Shown here: one piece after another, positions 55,430 to 64,000 of the stretch
How the letters are laid out: each line of letters begins with the position of its first letter
How positions within the stretch are numbered: position 1 is the stretch's first letter
Origin: Clostridia bacterium
Lineage (GTDB): Bacteria > Bacillota > Clostridia > Oscillospirales > Acutalibacteraceae
DNA length: 64,000 bases
Reading direction: 5' to 3'
NCBI GenBank assembly: GCA_017436815.1
Contig: JAFSCI010000038.1
Location: forward strand, 2,655 to 66,654
Translations under genes and position numbers: made by a program
Notes under the pieces: generated by a model
The model's database searches: none
Told to the model about the DNA's origin: nothing
What the model saw: only the letters and a program-made list of their open reading frames with translations

Positions 55430-56833
55430 ATGAAAGAGTATATTTTCCCTACAAGAATTGTTAAGTTTGAAAATGCAAGCAATGTTGAGCATTTATTAAA
55501 GAAGGTGCCCTTGCAAATCGGCACGTCCGATACCGAGTATGCCGTTTTTGAAAAGAATTCCTACGTAATTTTAGACTACGGTACCGAGCTTTGCGGCGGT
55601 ATAAAAGTAATTGTACCGTCTTGCGATAAAAACGCAAAAATACGTATCCGCTTTGGTGAGAGCGTAACCGAAACCTGTTCCACTCTGGGCGGTGAGCAAA
55701 ATGCTACCAATGACCACTCTTTAAGAGATTTTGAGGTAGCCTTGCCAACCTGTTGCTCGCAGACGAATTTTGGTGATACTGCATTCAGATTTGTAAGAAT
55801 AGATTTTAGCGAGAAAACTCTTATAAAGTGTATAGCGGCAGAAAATCACATACTAAAGCGCAAGCCTGTTTATACCTACGAGGGTAAAGACGAGCTTATA
55901 AAGAAAATTTTTGATACCGCAAAGCGTACCATAGACCTTTGCGCATCAAGTGGATATATGTGGGACGGCGCAAAGCGAGACCGACTTGTTTGGATAGGCG
56001 ATATGCACCCGCAGATGCTTGCCATAACAACCCTTTACGGCGCATCGCCCGAATTCGAGCGCTCAATGGTTTTTGCAAAAAAACAGACGCCGCTACCCAA
56101 CTGGATAAACGGCTACCCAATGTATTCTATGTGGTGGATAACCAACGTTGCCGATTATTATAAAAAGACGGGCAGAAAAGAGTTTACCCGCCGTCAGATT
56201 TCTTACGTAGAAGGCATTGTGGACTTAATGCTTTCTTGCGTTAAGGAAAACGGTGAATTAAACTACCCGTCGTACTACGTAGATTGGCCTACATCTAACA
56301 CTCCCGACGAATTACACGGAGTAAGAGCTATAAATGTAATGGCCGCTAAAAACGCTATTATGCTACTGGGCGAATTTAATAAAGATACATCTAAGGCTAA
56401 TGAGCTTTTAAATAGACTCCAAAAACAACAGATTGCACCGGCAAGCAGTAAATCGGCACTTGGTCTTAAGTTCTTTGCTACCGACCTTACCGAACAAGAC
56501 AAGCAAAATCTTGTAGCCTACGGCGCAAAGGGAATTACCTGCTTTATGAGTTATTACATTCTTAAAGCGGTAGCATCGTTTGATAAGCAAATGGCCATAA
56601 ATATGCTAAAAGAGTATTTTGGCGCAATGCTTAGTAAAGGCGCTACAACGTTTTGGGAAGATTTTAGTATTGACTGGGTTGAGGGCTCGTCTACAATTGA
56701 TGATTTCCCAAAAGAGAACGAAAAAGATATTCACGGCGACTTTGGCGGATACTGTTATAAAGGCTTCAGACACAGCCTCTGCCACGGATGGTCGGCGGGA
56801 ATTATACAGTTTATAAAAGAAGAATGTGAGTAA
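55430..56833 (+). CDS. Six-hairpin glycosidase, alpha-L-rhamnosidase-related (GH78-like)
   Basis: The motif WDGAKRDRLVWIGDMHPQ is typical of the rhamnosidase catalytic domain. There is no signal peptide. Confidence 0.55.
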   Translation: MKEYIFPTRIVKFENASNVEHLLKKVPLQIGTSDTEYAVFEKNSYVILDYGTELCGGIKVIVPSCDKNAKIRIRFGESVTETCSTLGGEQNATNDHSLRDFEVALPTCCSQTNFGDTAFRFVRIDFSEKTLIKCIAAENHILKRKPVYTYEGKDELIKKIFDTAKRTIDLCASSGYMWDGAKRDRLVWIGDMHPQMLAITTLYGASPEFERSMVFAKKQTPLPNWINGYPMYSMWWITNVADYYKKTGRKEFTRRQISYVEGIVDLMLSCVKENGELNYPSYYVDWPTSNTPDELHGVRAINVMAAKNAIMLLGEFNKDTSKANELLNRLQKQQIAPASSKSALGLKFFATDLTEQDKQNLVAYGAKGITCFMSYYILKAVASFDKQMAINMLKEYFGAMLSKGATTFWEDFSIDWVEGSSTIDDFPKENEKDIHGDFGGYCYKGFRHSLCHGWSAGIIQFIKEECE

Positions 56834-56839
56834 ATAAAA

Positions 56840-56866
56840 AACGACCCGAATTTTTTCGGGTCGTTT
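56840..56866. terminator. Bidirectional terminator
   Basis: AACGACCCGAA-TTTT-TTCGGGTCGTT, with an A-run upstream. Confidence 0.7.
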
Positions 56867-56883
56867 GACGTTAGCCAAAGCAT

Positions 56884-57357
56884 TTAAACCGACACATTTA
56901 TAATATGTTTTCCTTTTTTAATAGCATAATCGAGTGCTATTTTTGTTCCGCTTTTTCGGTTGGTGGGTGCATTTTGTTCATCATAATAAATTATACAAAA
57001 CTTGCTTTTATCTATCATTTGATAATTACGCTCGACATAAGCGGCTTTGCCTGCTCCAATTACACTTTCGGGATAATAGCTGTCCTCATAGCTTTTTAAA
57101 AGATAGCGTTTATAATCATCACTTATATATGGAAATTCTGCCCGCACGTAAATTCTTTTTATGTGTGGGTATTTTTCTTTTATGTTTGTCACAAGCTCAA
57201 GGCAAAAATCGTTGAATTGACTTTTACTGCCAAAAAGAAAAGTATCAACATTTTCGTGTAATATCAATTTTTCAATAATATTGTAAAGGTTTGTTCGCAA
57301 ATTTTCGGTCTTGGTGATTGTTCTGTGACCTAAAAAACAACAGATGTTTGTTTTCAT
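56884..57357 (-). CDS. SLOG/DUF1273-family protein
   Basis: The N-terminus is MKTNICCFLGHRTI (CFTGHR-type). GAGGAG precedes the ATG at 57357. Confidence 0.6.
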   Translation of the reverse strand: MKTNICCFLGHRTITKTENLRTNLYNIIEKLILHENVDTFLFGSKSQFNDFCLELVTNIKEKYPHIKRIYVRAEFPYISDDYKRYLLKSYEDSYYPESVIGAGKAAYVERNYQMIDKSKFCIIYYDEQNAPTNRKSGTKIALDYAIKKGKHIINVSV

Positions 57358-57464
57358 AAGATTCTCCTCAAAATTTATTAGATATACTGTATATCTATTT
57401 TTAACATTGTAACACATAATATATTCAAAATAAATACATAATATATTTATTTTGAGGTGAATTT

Positions 57465-57665
57465 ATGGCCATCAAGAGTGTTTCTATTAGAATTGAAGAA
57501 GAAATGTTGAATAAAATTGCATACATTGCCGATTATGAGGGTAGAAGTGTTAACAGTCAGGTGCTGGTTTTAATAAGAGAGAGTATTAAAGCTTTTGAAG
57601 CTGATAACGGAACTATTGACGGAAATATAACTCCTGCATCAAACGTAAAACCTACACGAAAGTAA
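57465..57665 (+). CDS. Ribbon-helix-helix (Arc/CopG-like) protein, copy 1
   Basis: KSVSIRIEEEMLNKIAYIADYEGRSVNSQVLVLIRESIKAFE has a beta-alpha-alpha pattern. The RBS is GAGGTG. Confidence 0.7.
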   Translation: MAIKSVSIRIEEEMLNKIAYIADYEGRSVNSQVLVLIRESIKAFEADNGTIDGNITPASNVKPTRK

Positions 57666-57724
57666 AAGCGTATGGTCGAAATGCAAAAGTACAATGCGCA
57701 CAATACAGTTTTACAGGTGATTTT

Positions 57725-58063
57725 ATGAGCGATTTAGCCAAAATTATTGGTCAACGTATTCGAGGTTACAGAATGCAACTTGGTTTAAGTCAAGAGAAGT
57801 TAGCAGAACTTGCAGGTTGTCACCCAACGTACATCGGTCAGTTGGAGCGTGGAGAAAAGAATGCTACGTTAGAAAGCATTGATAAGGTTGCATCTTCATT
57901 AAAAATATCTTTATCTAAACTTTTTGAAAACCTAAGTAACGAAAACACAGATGAGCGCAATTTACCGCTTGAGTGTTACGAGTTTTTGTTAACTAAGAGC
58001 CGTGAAGAACAGGAACAAATTATAAAAATTCTTATGGAAATGGACAAATATAAAGGTAACTAA
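57725..58063 (+). CDS. XRE-family HTH transcriptional regulator
   Basis: RMQLGLSQEKLAELAGCHPTYIGQLERGEKN is a canonical Cro/C1 HTH. Confidence 0.85.
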   Translation: MSDLAKIIGQRIRGYRMQLGLSQEKLAELAGCHPTYIGQLERGEKNATLESIDKVASSLKISLSKLFENLSNENTDERNLPLECYEFLLTKSREEQEQIIKILMEMDKYKGN

Positions 58064-58101
58064 TTTAAAACCCAAAAACGAATTTATTTTGAGGTGAATT
58101 T

Positions 58102-58302
58102 ATGGCCATTAAGAGTGTTTCTATTAGAATTGAAGAAGAAATGTTGAATAAAATTGCATACATTGCCGATTATGAGGGTAGAAGTGTTAACAGTCAGGTG
58201 CTGGTTTTAATAAGAGAGAATATTAAAGCCTTTGAAGCTGATAACGGAACTATTGACGGAAATATAACTCCCGCATCAAACGTAAAACCTACACGAAACT
58301 AA
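58102..58302 (+). CDS. Ribbon-helix-helix (Arc/CopG-like) protein, copy 2
   Basis: It differs from copy 1 at 5 of 201 nt (3 synonymous, plus S40N and K66N). The 20-nt RBS region is identical. Confidence 0.7.
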   Translation: MAIKSVSIRIEEEMLNKIAYIADYEGRSVNSQVLVLIRENIKAFEADNGTIDGNITPASNVKPTRN

Positions 58303-58308
58303 AAAATA

Positions 58309-58344
58309 AAGTCCAAAGGGTAAAACCTTTGGACTTTTATTTTT
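58309..58344. terminator. Bidirectional terminator (RHH copy 2 / atp operon)
   Basis: AAGTCCAAAGG-GTAAAA-CCTTTGGACTT, followed by a T-run. Confidence 0.8.
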
Positions 58345-58604
58345 TTATATTTTCTCAAACGTGCCGACCAGAACGGTGGCTTCATCTTTACCGACACTCA
58401 GTATGCCTGTGCCGGTTTTGTAAATTTGCTCGGTATCATCGGGCAGTACAATTTTGCACTCGCCCTCAATTATTGTGGTAATAAAGGGGATATGTCCCTT
58501 TAAAACGGCCAGGTCACCCTCGCTGCCACGTAGGGAAAGCATTGTTACTTGTGCCTCAAAAGCGTTACCCATAGGTGTGCAAACTATCAGCTTGAAAGTA
58601 CTCA

Positions 58605-58605
<1 letters not shown>
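58345..58605 (-). CDS. atpC: F1 ATP synthase epsilon subunit, short form (86 aa, beta-sandwich domain only)
   Basis: The position after atpD (TAATG overlap) and the segment LIVCTPMGNAFEAQVTMLSLRGSEGDLAVLKGHIPFIT support the call. A terminator follows directly. Confidence 0.85.
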
Positions 58606-60831
<2,226 letters not shown>

Positions 60832-60837
60832 TTACAT

Positions 60838-62841
<2,004 letters not shown>

Positions 62842-62864
<23 letters not shown>

Positions 62865-63354
62865 CTATATTCTCAATAAACGAGTCAATGAGCTGCTTGT
62901 GGTCGTCTTTGCTTATTTCACGGCCAAGCAACTGCTCGGATAAAGCGTATGAAACGTCTACTATCTCGCGCTTAATATCGTCGGCTGCCTTTTGCTTTTC
63001 AAGCTCGGCATTCATTTTAGCGTGACGTACAATGCCTTCGGCATCACTCTTTGCGTCTGCAATGATTTTTTCACTCGCAGTTTTTGCGGTTTTGGTTGCG
63101 TCGTCTATAATTTTATCGGCAGTAGCATCGGCGGTGGAAATTTTTTCTTCCCACTCTTGCTTTGCTTTTGTAGCATCGCTCAGAGCGCCCTGGGCCTTGC
63201 TGTACTGCTCGTCTAATATATCTTGACGCTGTTTTAAAACCTTTTTGACGGGTTTGAACAAAAACTTCTTCAAAATAAGAAAAAGGAGTAAAAGATTGCA
63301 GAGCGAAATAAGTACCTGCCAAATATTAAGAGATATTACCTCTAATGATTGCAT
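62842..63354 (-). CDS. atpF: Fo ATP synthase b subunit
   Basis: A single N-terminal TM helix is followed by a long charged coiled coil. The operon position also supports the call. Confidence 0.85.
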
Positions 63355-63378
63355 ACTTTTTTCACTCCAAAAGCTAAA

Positions 63379-64000
<622 letters not shown>

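Overview
This is a Firmicutes/Clostridia-type chromosome segment. That assignment is inferred from gene content, AGGAGG-type ribosome-binding sites and the SRP-RNA/dnaX/ybaB/recR synteny. The window has two parts.

(1) Positions 1 to about 23.9 kb are accessory or mobile DNA lying against the 3' end of an initiator tRNA-fMet (23985-24060, minus strand). This part contains:
- the 3' end of a serine-recombinase-like gene (3-428) and two tandem large serine recombinases (18671-21527);
- an orphan HK97-type capsid gene and small mobile-element genes;
- an iteron-like GTTGCCG array;
- an AbiGi/AbiGii pair;
- a visibly AT-rich, tightly packed 10-gene minus-strand operon (1154-15806).

The operon reads, in order: XRE controller, two C5-methyltransferases, a 276-aa unknown protein, a McrB-like GTPase and a McrC/LlaJI-like nuclease. 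Those six genes form a BsuMI/LlaJI-type module. They are followed by a third C5-methyltransferase, an SF1 helicase with an unrecognised N-terminus of about 520 aa, a DUF4365-like nuclease-fold protein, and a 991-aa SF2 DEAH helicase ending in a nuclease-like motif. These last four genes (1154-8424) are my best candidate for an undescribed defence module.

(2) Positions from about 24 kb to 64 kb are core genes:
- an ABC exporter and GtrA;
- three tandem paralogous cytoplasmic clan-A glycoside-hydrolase-like genes of about 910-930 aa;
- queT behind a preQ1-I-like riboswitch;
- nifS/nifU and lexA-rnhA with an SOS box;
- another glycoside hydrolase with a terminator-containing leader;
- galU, SRP RNA, dnaX-ybaB-recR, tcdA, an alanine/Na+ symporter, nth and ldhA-like;
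- ruvX, a duplicated RHH-XRE-RHH cassette, and the F1Fo ATP synthase operon (atpB truncated by the window end).

No CRISPR array, rRNA gene or transposase-type IS element was seen. All homology calls come from motif recognition by eye; no database search was run.
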